In this document: positions 50,492 through 60,241 of the stretch, one piece after another | Layout: the number at the start of each line of letters is the position of its first letter | How positions within the stretch are numbered: position 1 is the first letter of the stretch | Assembly: GCA_944321205.1 (NCBI GenBank) | Contig: CALUKK010000100.1 | Location: 5,341-69,340 of the forward strand | Direction of reading: 5' to 3' | Source: an uncultured Alistipes sp. | GTDB taxonomy: Bacteria > Bacteroidota > Bacteroidia > Bacteroidales > Rikenellaceae | Length of the DNA: 64,000 nucleotides | The notes under the pieces: generated by a model | Seen by the model: only the letters and a program-made list of their open reading frames with translations | Databases searched by the model: none | Told to the model about the DNA's origin: nothing | Made by a program: the position numbers and the translations under genes

Positions 50492-51886
50492 ATGCTTAAA
50501 TCCTGCTTGTCCATTCTGACCGTACCCTCGCTGTGCGGCATAGCCTGCGCATCGGCCCCCGCCGAAAGCCCCCAAACGAAAACCGGACTGTCGAAGCCCG
50601 ATATCATCCTGATCATGACCGATCAGCAATCCTACAACACAATCAGTGCTTTGGGTCATACGATCGCCTCTACACCCAACCTGGACCGTCTGGTCCGACA
50701 AGGCATCACCTTTACCAATACGTACTGTGCCAACCCCTTGTCGGTACCGTCGCGTTTCGCGCTTTTCACCGGCGTCTCTCCGGCAAGCGCCGGTGTATGG
50801 GCAAATACCGACCCGGACCCCGACGACGAGAAGATCCGGCAGGCCCAGGAACAATCAATCGGCGCCGTATTCCGCAATGCGGGTTATCAAACGCTGTACG
50901 GAGGGAAAATACACCTTCCCAATGCCAAAAACAAGTCGAAGTTCGCAGGTACGGACAACTACTTTTTCGAATATATCGAAAAGGATGAGCGCGAAGAACT
51001 CGCTCAACACGTCGCCACACTGCTCCGCGAACGGAAGGCTACACAACCGATGCTCCTTGTCGTGTCGTTTCTCAATCCTCACGACATCTGTTTCGAGACC
51101 CGCACCGACATGGACGAAGTGCTTGCCAGTGGAGGCAAGGACCTGCCAAAGGCCCAAACCATTCTGCAAATGCGGGCTCTTGCCGACAAGGTCGATCCGT
51201 CGGAGTATCCCCCGTTACCCGAGAACTTCGAGCCAACGGCCAAACTCGGACAGATCCGCTTTCCGTACAAGGATTTTACAACCGATTACTGGCGTCGTTA
51301 CCGCTTCATCTACGGACGGCTGGTCGAGCTGATCGACCGACAGATAGGTCTGGTACTCGACGCCGTTGAGAAATCGCCCAACAAGGACAATACGATCATT
51401 GTCTTCACATCCGATCACGGCGAAATGGCCGGAGCCCATCAGCTGATAACCAAAGGCGTACCCTACGAAGAATGCCAACGTGTCCCGTTGATCATCGCCG
51501 GCCGGGGCGTCGTCCGGAATCAACGGGACCATTCGCTGGTCTGCAACGGTTGGGATCTGCTGCCCACGCTTTGCGGATTGGCCGGAATCGAAGCCCCTCC
51601 AAGCATATCGGGCATCTCGCTCGCGGCAAGAGCCTTCGGACAGGAAGAGCTGACCCCGGGACGTTTCCTCTATCTCGAGACAACGAAAACGTGCGTGCTC
51701 ATCGAGGAGGGACGATTCAAATATACGCGGTTCAGAAGCAATGGCGCCGAGATGCTCATCGACTTGAAAAAGGATCCGCTCGAAACGGTCAATCTGGCCG
51801 CAGATCCGAAGTATGCAGACAAACGCCGGGAACTGTCCGAACGTCTCGACACAGAGTTGTCAAAACGGGGAATCAGCCCCTTCTGA
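50492..51886 (+). CDS. Ser-type S1 sulfatase
   Basis: PDIILIMTDQQ, PLSVPSRFALFTG, GKIHL, NPHDIC, TSDHGEM. Confidence 0.9.
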   Translation: MLKSCLSILTVPSLCGIACASAPAESPQTKTGLSKPDIILIMTDQQSYNTISALGHTIASTPNLDRLVRQGITFTNTYCANPLSVPSRFALFTGVSPASAGVWANTDPDPDDEKIRQAQEQSIGAVFRNAGYQTLYGGKIHLPNAKNKSKFAGTDNYFFEYIEKDEREELAQHVATLLRERKATQPMLLVVSFLNPHDICFETRTDMDEVLASGGKDLPKAQTILQMRALADKVDPSEYPPLPENFEPTAKLGQIRFPYKDFTTDYWRRYRFIYGRLVELIDRQIGLVLDAVEKSPNKDNTIIVFTSDHGEMAGAHQLITKGVPYEECQRVPLIIAGRGVVRNQRDHSLVCNGWDLLPTLCGLAGIEAPPSISGISLAARAFGQEELTPGRFLYLETTKTCVLIEEGRFKYTRFRSNGAEMLIDLKKDPLETVNLAADPKYADKRRELSERLDTELSKRGISPF

Positions 51887-51917
51887 CCTCTTGGCAAACC
51901 ATCCAAAAACAGAGATC

Positions 51918-53522
51918 ATGAAGCAATCAGACATCCTCTACGGTGCAGGCACGCTACTTACTCTGGCGTCGTGCGCCACGGTATCCGCAGCATCGAAAGA
52001 CTCCACACCCAAACGCCCCAATATTCTGGTTATCGTTTGCGAAGATATCAGTTGCTATCTGGGATGTTACGGAGATTCCGTTGCCATCACTCCCAATCTC
52101 GACCGGTTCGCCAAGGAATCTGTCCGACATACACGCATGTTCACCTGTGTCGGAGTATCGTCGCCGAGCCGTTATTCGCTCATTACAGGACGCTACTCTT
52201 CGACCGACGGGGCCAACTACATGCGCTCGAACTATTTTGACAAGGATTTCGAAGTCGTACCTCCTGCTGGCGTCAAATGTTTCACGGAGTATCTGCGTCA
52301 GGCCGGGTATTACTGCACCAATAACAGCAAAACCGACTATCAGTTTGTTTCGCCGCTCTCGGCCTGGGATGAATCAAGTCCCAAGGCGCATTGGAAACAG
52401 GCTCCCGAAGGAGTTCCCTTTTATGCCGTTTTCAACCTCAACGTGACTCATGAATCGATGATCTGGAAAAACTCAGAAGCCGAACTTTTCGTCAAACCTT
52501 CAGACGTTGTTCTACCGCCCTACTATCCAGACACGGAGGTCGTACGTCATGACATGGCGGTCATGTACAGCAATATCACTCGAATGGATACGCAGTTTGA
52601 GCAGCTTTATGAAGAGCTCGTTGCTGCCGATAAGCTCGAAAATACAATCGTCATTTTCTATTCCGACAACGGAGGGCCCTTACCGCGGGGCAAGCGCGAG
52701 ATCATGGATTCGGGAACCCGGGTTCCATTCATGATCCGCTTTCCCGACGGCTATCGGGCCGGGACAACAAACGATGCTTTGAACATGTTTGTCGATATCC
52801 CCGCCACAATCCTTTCACTGGCCGGAGTACCGATTCCTGCGAACATGCATGGCAAAGCCATGTACGGAACACAACGGGACAAACCTCGGAAATACGTTTT
52901 CGGGGCAACCGATCGGTTCGACGAGCAAGTCGAGAAAAGAGCCTCGATTCGAGACAAGCGCTATCTGTATATCAAAAACTACATGCCACAACAAAGTGTC
53001 TATCGTCCCAACAAATATCGGTTGCAGATGGACATGATGCGCAACATGGAGGAGTTGAGTGTTGCAGGACAACTGAACGATGTGCAAAACGCCTGGTTCG
53101 AAATCCCCTCCGGAGACGAACAGCTGTTTGATTGCAAAAAAGATCCATACAACGTTCACAACCTCGTCCCGGAAAAACGCTACGCCGGAGTATTGCGCCG
53201 CATGCGACAAGCTTTCAAGCAGGAATGGATTGAAAAATACAATCGGAAATGGGTCTCCTACAAAGAATCAGACTTTGTAAGGGAGATGAATCCGGAAGGT
53301 AAGAAACCACAATGCCCGAGTCCGGAATACAAACTGAAAGATGGCAGACTGATCATTACGGTTGATCCCGACTATTCGGTTGTCTACAAGAGCGCTTCAA
53401 GCCAGAACTGGTCGTTGTATTCAGGCCCCGTACCACTCAAACAGACGGATGGGACCCTTTCTATCGTGGTGTGCCGTATCGGATACCGCAACTCTCCACA
53501 ACTCGACATTGACTTGTTCTGA
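51918..53522 (+). CDS. Ser-type S1 sulfatase (sulfamidase-like, probably S1_8) with C-terminal beta domain
   Basis: PNILVIVCEDI, GVSSPSRYSLITG, NNSKTDY, THES, LPPYYPD, SDNGGPLPRGKR, DRFDE. Confidence 0.88.
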   Translation: MKQSDILYGAGTLLTLASCATVSAASKDSTPKRPNILVIVCEDISCYLGCYGDSVAITPNLDRFAKESVRHTRMFTCVGVSSPSRYSLITGRYSSTDGANYMRSNYFDKDFEVVPPAGVKCFTEYLRQAGYYCTNNSKTDYQFVSPLSAWDESSPKAHWKQAPEGVPFYAVFNLNVTHESMIWKNSEAELFVKPSDVVLPPYYPDTEVVRHDMAVMYSNITRMDTQFEQLYEELVAADKLENTIVIFYSDNGGPLPRGKREIMDSGTRVPFMIRFPDGYRAGTTNDALNMFVDIPATILSLAGVPIPANMHGKAMYGTQRDKPRKYVFGATDRFDEQVEKRASIRDKRYLYIKNYMPQQSVYRPNKYRLQMDMMRNMEELSVAGQLNDVQNAWFEIPSGDEQLFDCKKDPYNVHNLVPEKRYAGVLRRMRQAFKQEWIEKYNRKWVSYKESDFVREMNPEGKKPQCPSPEYKLKDGRLIITVDPDYSVVYKSASSQNWSLYSGPVPLKQTDGTLSIVVCRIGYRNSPQLDIDLF

Positions 53523-53928
53523 AAAAACTTTACAGTTTGCGCAAAGCCTCCCGACGAGGTTCTGATGAGGTCTCCGGCTGTTGTACAGGCCGATGATTTG
53601 CTCGACATACGCCTCGGATCCGTTTCGCAGCGGCCGTTTATCCGGCCATTCGGTCTTTAAGATATCATTGGCCCATCGTTGATTGGGCGCAGACGGCGTA
53701 CAGTCCCGAATCAGATTGGGGTATTTGAAAAATCTGTGGTGCGAAAAGGTAGTCTTGCGCTTGCTGCGCGACCGATGAACCAACATCCGGTTCTCGGTCC
53801 GCAAAGCGGCAAAGGTATCGCAGCCGATGGAAATTCCCATGGTCTCGAAGTTGGGACGCACGTAAATCCGCCGTTTGTTAGTCCCATGCGGGGGGGGCTG
53901 TTCTCTACCGCTATTTTAGGTCAAGCCC
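53510..53928 (-). mobile_element. Internally deleted IS3-family remnant (MITE-like) with degenerate terminal inverted repeats
   Basis: OrfB fragments TTFSHHRFFKYPNLIRDCTPSAPNQRWAND joined to ILKTEW...YNSRRPHQNL. Ends TGACTTGTTCTGAAAAAACTTTACA (53510-53534) and the reverse complement of 53904-53928 match at 15/25. Confidence 0.75.
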
Positions 53929-53951
53929 CCCACCGCAAACCGTAACGCCGA

Positions 53952-56219
53952 TTATTTACCCCATTCGGGATTCGGTTTATCTCCCATAATGAAGACCAGC
54001 TTTCCGCCGTTTATAACATCCTTCCACTTTAATTTCGGAGTAGTCAGAGGTGTACCGTTCAGTTTTGCAGACTGAATGTAAATATTCTTCGAAGAGTTGT
54101 TTCTTGCGATGATCGTAAATTCGTCTCCCCGGGCGTACTTCTTATCCAGTCTGATCGTCATCTTCCGGAACAGGGGCGATGTCAGGTCAAACTCAGGATC
54201 GTCCGTTACTCCACCGTTCATCTCGAACAATCCCAAAGAACTCATCACAAACCAAGAGCTCATCTGCCCTTCGTCTTCGTCACCCTGCCATCCGTTGTAA
54301 GGATCGTTCCCATAATAAGCATCCAATATGGCGCGGGAATATTTTTGCGTAAGCCACGGTTTCCCGGAATAGTTGAACAAGAAGGCCGCCTGCATGTTGC
54401 ACTCGTTGCCGTGATTGATATAATACTCGAACGGATGTTCCTGATAACGATCGAAAGCGTGTGCGGCATAAAGGTGTTTCTTGCTCTTCTCGAAGCCTTT
54501 CTCCAAACGTTCGTTGAACAAATCCTTGCCCATCAACTGCACCAGCCCCTCGACATCATGAGGTACATACCAAGTATACTGCCAACCATTGCCCTCGGTC
54601 CAATTGAGCCCGCTGAAGATATTGTAATCCTCGAACCAGCGCCCCGTAGAATCCCTTGGAGTCTGCCATTTCGTCTCGGGATTGAGCTGATTCTTCCAAC
54701 TCCCAGAACGATCGAGAAAATACCGATAGTCTGCCTCCTTACCCAACGCTTTCGCCATCTGCGCCGTACAGAAATCGGTGTACGAATAATCCATCACACG
54801 GCTCGCAGGACCGTACTCATAGGGCACATAGCCGAATCGCTTGTAGATATCAAGAACATCCTGTCCGGCTTTAATGGAGCCCTCCACGTGACCTCCGTTT
54901 ACCGTTGCATTGTGCCGGATAGCCTCCCACATCCGATCCACGTCATAATCCCTTATACCTTTCTGATAAGCCCCAACCATCATCGCAATCTCGTGCGTAA
55001 CGTCCATCACGGCGGTATGCTCAAGTCCCGTGGGGCCATTATTCGTCCAACCGGTCTTGTCGTACAGCTCGATCTGGGTCTGCACCCAGTTGTTCAGGAA
55101 ATTCGGGGCGATGAGAGCCAGTAGCGGATTGAAATTCCAGTAAGAGTTCCAGAAGGCATCGCCTCCGTAAATATCGTATCCTGCGGGCAACGTCTGGACC
55201 TTCTCGGACGGATCCCTATATTGTCCATCCACATCATTCCAGGTCTGCTTGGCAAACGACCGGTAAAGATTCGTATAGAACCGTTTCTTATCGATACGCC
55301 GGCCCTTCACCTCGATTTTCGACAGCAAATCGTTCCATTGATCCTTGGCGGCGGCGCGTACGGCGTCAAAATCCCAGCCATAAGGTTCCAGTTCCTGCAT
55401 GTAGTTCTTCTTCGCGCCATCAATGTCGACCAATGAAAGGGCTACCTGAACAATAACCGATTCGTCCTTCCGAACATCGAACTCCACAAAGGCTCCACAG
55501 TCGCCCTTGGCCTCGAACTTCTGGATATCGTTATATACCGTATCGTCTTCCCACCCGTTGAGTGTCTTGAAGGGCTTGTTGAACCGGATATAGAAGTGCA
55601 GGATGTAATCAAAGTCTTCGCAGTACGCCCTCGTGTCGGCAAAACCTTCGAGTTCCATATCCGAAATCTTGTTAAAATACCCTTTCTTGATATAGTTCCT
55701 GTACTCCGAAGGAAATTGCAGATCCAACATGATCCGGGCATCCTGATGATCGCCGGCAAAGGTGTATCTGTGCAGGCCGCACCGGGTTGTCGCGGTCATC
55801 TCGGCCTGACAATCCGCATCATACAGAAAAACACCATAATATCCCGGTTCTCCGGTTTCAGTCTCTTTCAGGATCCGGGAATGATACCCGGCATTCGCGC
55901 CCCGGTACGGCGCGGAAGAATCGCCCTCCTTCGTCACCAGATCTTGTACGGCAGGCATGATCATCAGTCCGTTCATCATCCACGCATGGATATGACTAAA
56001 CCCTTTGATGTTGCTGATCGCATACTCATATCCGCACATCCAGTACGAATCCTGATTGTCCGGCCCCAACTGCACCATACCGTACGGAACCCCTGCATAC
56101 GGACCGAGCATCGCCCGGGAGTTTGATGTACCGACGAAAATGTCCACATAATCGACCGGCTCGACGGAATACCCTGTCAGCCATACACCCAAAGCGGCAA
56201 TGAATAGGATCTTTTTCAT
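53952..56219 (-). CDS. GH92 alpha-mannosidase family protein
   Basis: YVDIFVGT, PYGMVQLGPD, GFSHIH, ATTRCGLHRYTF, TEGNGWQYTWYVPHD, HGNE, DEGQMSSW, NIYIQSAKLNG. Confidence 0.92.
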   Translation of the reverse strand: MKKILFIAALGVWLTGYSVEPVDYVDIFVGTSNSRAMLGPYAGVPYGMVQLGPDNQDSYWMCGYEYAISNIKGFSHIHAWMMNGLMIMPAVQDLVTKEGDSSAPYRGANAGYHSRILKETETGEPGYYGVFLYDADCQAEMTATTRCGLHRYTFAGDHQDARIMLDLQFPSEYRNYIKKGYFNKISDMELEGFADTRAYCEDFDYILHFYIRFNKPFKTLNGWEDDTVYNDIQKFEAKGDCGAFVEFDVRKDESVIVQVALSLVDIDGAKKNYMQELEPYGWDFDAVRAAAKDQWNDLLSKIEVKGRRIDKKRFYTNLYRSFAKQTWNDVDGQYRDPSEKVQTLPAGYDIYGGDAFWNSYWNFNPLLALIAPNFLNNWVQTQIELYDKTGWTNNGPTGLEHTAVMDVTHEIAMMVGAYQKGIRDYDVDRMWEAIRHNATVNGGHVEGSIKAGQDVLDIYKRFGYVPYEYGPASRVMDYSYTDFCTAQMAKALGKEADYRYFLDRSGSWKNQLNPETKWQTPRDSTGRWFEDYNIFSGLNWTEGNGWQYTWYVPHDVEGLVQLMGKDLFNERLEKGFEKSKKHLYAAHAFDRYQEHPFEYYINHGNECNMQAAFLFNYSGKPWLTQKYSRAILDAYYGNDPYNGWQGDEDEGQMSSWFVMSSLGLFEMNGGVTDDPEFDLTSPLFRKMTIRLDKKYARGDEFTIIARNNSSKNIYIQSAKLNGTPLTTPKLKWKDVINGGKLVFIMGDKPNPEWGK

Positions 56220-56316
56220 TTTATGACAATGCATTAGACCAATAACAATCTGGAATCTTCCATACTATCCCGAGAATTTACAGCTTATTCCTGCCCGGGA
56301 ATCCAGTGCGGCAGTC

Positions 56317-58371
56317 TCAGTACCTGATCCAGAAAAAATCCACACCAAGCCTGGCTTCCCGACCTTCTTCAGAGATATTCTCGAAGGTAACCGTATTTAT
56401 ACCCTTTCGGAAGGAGACCTCCTCCGTACAGAACGTCCTGAGATAGCGACCGTATTCGTACTCCAGATCCATGGTATCGGAAAAGGCATAATGGTTATCT
56501 CTTTTCACCTTCACGGGGCTGCCGTTGAACAGCACCCTGTATTTTCCGCCATGAGGCATAAACGCCACCGTAAAATGCAAAGTTGCCACCGTCTCCACAC
56601 TCCGGCATATCGAGAACGAGAGATTCTCCTTCGGTTTACGGGAGGTCCAAACGGGAAGTCGTCCCTCCGACCACAGGGCATCATGATCATATTCGACATT
56701 TTCCATCCGCTCAACGACATTCTCCGCATTGCAGAAAGCATATCCCTGCGATCCAAGCAGCGCCATAGGAATCCATACGGGACAGGTAAGCTCCCTTACA
56801 TCATCCAACGACACCTCATCGCAATCATCCCGAGCCCCGGGTCTTACATAGAACCAGGTCATCCGTCCATAAGAAAGGCCGTCGACCCAACCATGCGTCA
56901 TAAGTTCCATATAAAATGCAACCGACTCCTCAAAGGGAATGTCATCCAGAATGTGCCACCTGAAATCTGAAACAAATCCACGTGTCGCAGGTCCGTCCAC
57001 CCGAGACTGACCGCAATACGGAAAGGCAAACAGGTTATCGCTGGACCATGAATAATTGTAGTAGTCCTCACTACCGGTCCCAAAAAACGATGGAATACGC
57101 TCCCCGTCGATATAGATTTTCTCATCGCCTTCGCCCCACCAATTACCATAAGCACTCGGAACATTACTCGGGTTCATGATATAACATGCGGCACCAACAA
57201 TTCGGCCTGTGCCGTCTACGGAGCCATAGTCGATGTTCCGGGGCATGGCCGAGGAGAGATTATGATCAACCTTCCATTTTGCGCACAGATACATGCTCCG
57301 ATCCGGATCCCAATGATAGTCCGACACCGCTGCCTCGACATGCAGATCCGCCTCATAATCGGCATAGTTCATAATGCGAATATCTGCCTTTTCGCTGAAA
57401 GGCATGACCCACCGGCACACCAGCGTACTGTCCTTCATAACAGCCAACGGCAACGAAACATAGGGGTTTATGCCGGGAGCCGAGCCGAAAAAATCGCCCA
57501 CAGGAGAATCCACAAACGGACGGGATTCCCCGTCAAAATAGATTCTCAATACGGCCTTGCGCAGGAATTCATGCATATTTCCGGCCGCGATCTTGAATTT
57601 CAGTCCGAAAATGGCTTTCTGCCCTTTTAGGGTCAGGATGTAATTTTCCCGTCCTGCCTTCAGTCGAATATCAGCGGTGTGCGTTGCTGCAAGAGAGCAG
57701 TCTGACGCATCCCGGGCGGAAAGTTTTTCCGCCATTTCCCGGATCTTTCCGAAATATCGAGTCAGATCATCCGCACGGAACCCCTCAACCTTTGTCCTTG
57801 CAGGATATTTCCGGACTTCAACATGATAAAAATGCAGTGTCTTGATATCTCCAATCCACTCGATATTCAGTCGCTTCGAGAACGGGAGCGGGAAATACAA
57901 TGCATCATACTGCCTGTATGAGCCCACAAAATCCGGGAGGTCCCGATTCAATTCCCGGGGGAATTGTCTGAAAAAATTCTCGGCAGCCCCTTCATAGATC
58001 GTTTGGCCATCAACATGAACCCGGACATCTCCGGTAATGCCGGCAGTCCAAAGACGCACAATAGCTCCCGGCCCCTTGACATCGCACATCGTGTAAACTC
58101 CGATACCATCATTTCCGGGAGCACGGACAACGCCTTGGAAGCCGGGGATGATCTCCCCGCCAAATCCGTCCGAGTTTGCAAACTCATCCATAAACTGAGG
58201 GTCCGTACTTCTTCGGTCATAGGACGAATACTGAACGGTTTTATAGTCTGACAGGCAAGTCAGCCTCGCAAGATCGTCCATTTCGTCCAGCAATGTCCCC
58301 AGCGTGATCTTTTGAGCATGGGCAGAGATTCCCGTAATAAAAAAACAGAGGAATAACACCAGCCTCTTCAT
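56317..58371 (-). CDS. DUF2961 / GH172-like glycosidase (two-domain)
   Basis: SSYDR, GPGAIVRLW, LRIYFDGE...PVGDFFG, MPF, WWGEGDEKIYIDGE, FGTGSEDYY. Start 58371 or 58392. Confidence 0.82.
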   Translation of the reverse strand: MKRLVLFLCFFITGISAHAQKITLGTLLDEMDDLARLTCLSDYKTVQYSSYDRRSTDPQFMDEFANSDGFGGEIIPGFQGVVRAPGNDGIGVYTMCDVKGPGAIVRLWTAGITGDVRVHVDGQTIYEGAAENFFRQFPRELNRDLPDFVGSYRQYDALYFPLPFSKRLNIEWIGDIKTLHFYHVEVRKYPARTKVEGFRADDLTRYFGKIREMAEKLSARDASDCSLAATHTADIRLKAGRENYILTLKGQKAIFGLKFKIAAGNMHEFLRKAVLRIYFDGESRPFVDSPVGDFFGSAPGINPYVSLPLAVMKDSTLVCRWVMPFSEKADIRIMNYADYEADLHVEAAVSDYHWDPDRSMYLCAKWKVDHNLSSAMPRNIDYGSVDGTGRIVGAACYIMNPSNVPSAYGNWWGEGDEKIYIDGERIPSFFGTGSEDYYNYSWSSDNLFAFPYCGQSRVDGPATRGFVSDFRWHILDDIPFEESVAFYMELMTHGWVDGLSYGRMTWFYVRPGARDDCDEVSLDDVRELTCPVWIPMALLGSQGYAFCNAENVVERMENVEYDHDALWSEGRLPVWTSRKPKENLSFSICRSVETVATLHFTVAFMPHGGKYRVLFNGSPVKVKRDNHYAFSDTMDLEYEYGRYLRTFCTEEVSFRKGINTVTFENISEEGREARLGVDFFWIRY

Positions 58372-58756
58372 AAGAATCTGTTTTGGAATCATTGAATAAA
58401 TCTCTGGCAAACACAATCCACGGAGCCAAAATGCAACACGCTGTACGTTCCATCTGACAGGCCTTGACCAGGGGGGGGGCACGCTTCTCGCCGTTCATAC
58501 TGGCTGTAAGATTCCTTTCCCGACACAATGCTTGCTGATATCATGGATTCGTACGAAATGAACGATGACGTTGTGCACACCTTGACCGGGACTCAACAGA
58601 CGCCACATGCTTGTTAATTCAACCAACGGATTACATGAAAATACAAATCATTAATCCCGTAGTCTTCACCGCAGCATTCATATGAATTTTCTTACAGGTG
58701 AGAATTACAAGATACCATATCTTCATGCTTCGGGGATTGTTATGCGGAAGATCGGA

Positions 58757-60229
58757 TTACTGAATTTCTCCAATATCCTCTATGGGCCAATTGTCCGTCC
58801 GAAAAGGCGCCAAAGGCTGTCCCATCGTTGTCATAACATTGGCTTCAGGGCAATAGTTCCGAAATGCATAGCGGACAGCAACCGGATCGGGGACCTGGTC
58901 CGAACTGATCTCAATCTTATTCTCCCACCATTTGTAATTGGCTTTGGCCGGATGGAAAACCCGGTCCGAGCCTGCAATCTCAAAGCCTCCGGGTGATACA
59001 TAACCATTCGGCAAATAACCTAACAGACTGTTCGCCGCATTCCAATCGTACTTCGCCGAAAGGTTATTGAAACTCAGCACCAGTTTATTGCCTTCGCGTT
59101 CCATCAATTTGTAGGTGGGAGCCGGAGCCGGGAGCCCTTCGATTCCATAATCATTCGCCAAAGCCAGCCATGCCAGCCGTTGCCCCACCTCTTGTTTTTT
59201 TTGAGGGTGGATACAAGTCGGATTACCCAAATCGGTCGTTGCCGCAATACCTGAATGCGGAATCTCGGCCGCAGCTTGATATTGGGCCTCGATCACCAAC
59301 GGCAAAGAACGCAAATCATTGCCTTCATACTGATAAGGAGCCAATTGGACCATATAGAAAGGCATTTGCTCATTGTCCCATGCTTCGCGCCACAACTTTA
59401 CAAGCGAAACCTGAAGAGCTTTGTAATCGAACCAGTTTTTACGGTTTGATTCACCTTGGTACCAGATGAATCCCCGGGCCGTAAAATGACATATCGGTAA
59501 AATCATTCCATTCCATAGCCGTTGAGGAATACTGTTATCCTCCCGCCCCGATTTCGCTATTTCATAGTTGATTCCGGGGGTGGCATCAATTGCATCTACC
59601 GTCATCCATGTTTCGATGGTCGAACCACCCCAATTGGGGGTAATCAGCCCGATGGGGATGTGCAGTACCTTGTAAAGTGTTTTCCCGAAAAAGTACCCCA
59701 CGGCGCTGAAGGCGCTGACCGTTGCGGGAGACGAAACCTGCCACGTTCCCTCACAATCTTCTTTTGGACTCTCTGACGAAACTTTGGGGACAGTGAACAT
59801 GCGGATTCCGGGATATTGCATGGCATCGGTGACGGCTTCGGCACTTCCCTCTACAGGCTGGTACATAAATCCGCATACGGGCATCTCCATGTTCGACTGT
59901 CCGCCACAGATCCACACCTCGCCCAACATCACGTTCTCCAACACGAGATCTTCGCCGTCACTTATGTGGATTGTGTAGGGCCCTCCTGCTTCTCCCGTAG
60001 TCAGTTTTGTCTGCCAATGGCCCTGCTCGTCGGCTCGCACCTCATATCTCTGACCATCCCATGAAGTCTCAATTCTTATACGGTTGAGAGGTGTGGCCTG
60101 TCCCCAGAAATTGACTTGTGTATTTCGTTGAAGCACCATGTTACTTCCCAACACGGAAGGGAGTCGCACCTCTGCTGATACAGATGATATGAACATCAGG
60201 ATCAACACCATGCATAAAGAACGTTTCAT
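58757..60229 (-). CDS. Sialate O-acetylesterase (SASA/SGNH) family carbohydrate esterase
   Basis: NMVLQR, GEVWICGGQSNME, WGGSTIETW, WYQGESN, IHP, PVAVRYAF, PFRTD. Confidence 0.92.
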   Translation of the reverse strand: MKRSLCMVLILMFISSVSAEVRLPSVLGSNMVLQRNTQVNFWGQATPLNRIRIETSWDGQRYEVRADEQGHWQTKLTTGEAGGPYTIHISDGEDLVLENVMLGEVWICGGQSNMEMPVCGFMYQPVEGSAEAVTDAMQYPGIRMFTVPKVSSESPKEDCEGTWQVSSPATVSAFSAVGYFFGKTLYKVLHIPIGLITPNWGGSTIETWMTVDAIDATPGINYEIAKSGREDNSIPQRLWNGMILPICHFTARGFIWYQGESNRKNWFDYKALQVSLVKLWREAWDNEQMPFYMVQLAPYQYEGNDLRSLPLVIEAQYQAAAEIPHSGIAATTDLGNPTCIHPQKKQEVGQRLAWLALANDYGIEGLPAPAPTYKLMEREGNKLVLSFNNLSAKYDWNAANSLLGYLPNGYVSPGGFEIAGSDRVFHPAKANYKWWENKIEISSDQVPDPVAVRYAFRNYCPEANVMTTMGQPLAPFRTDNWPIEDIGEIQ

Positions 60230-60241
60230 GATATTCGTGTT

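Noticed and set aside
53888-53936. GC-rich inverted repeat as GH92 terminator
   Set aside because: Loop of about 25 nt, no U-tract, and it overlaps the IS end; not confidently a terminator.
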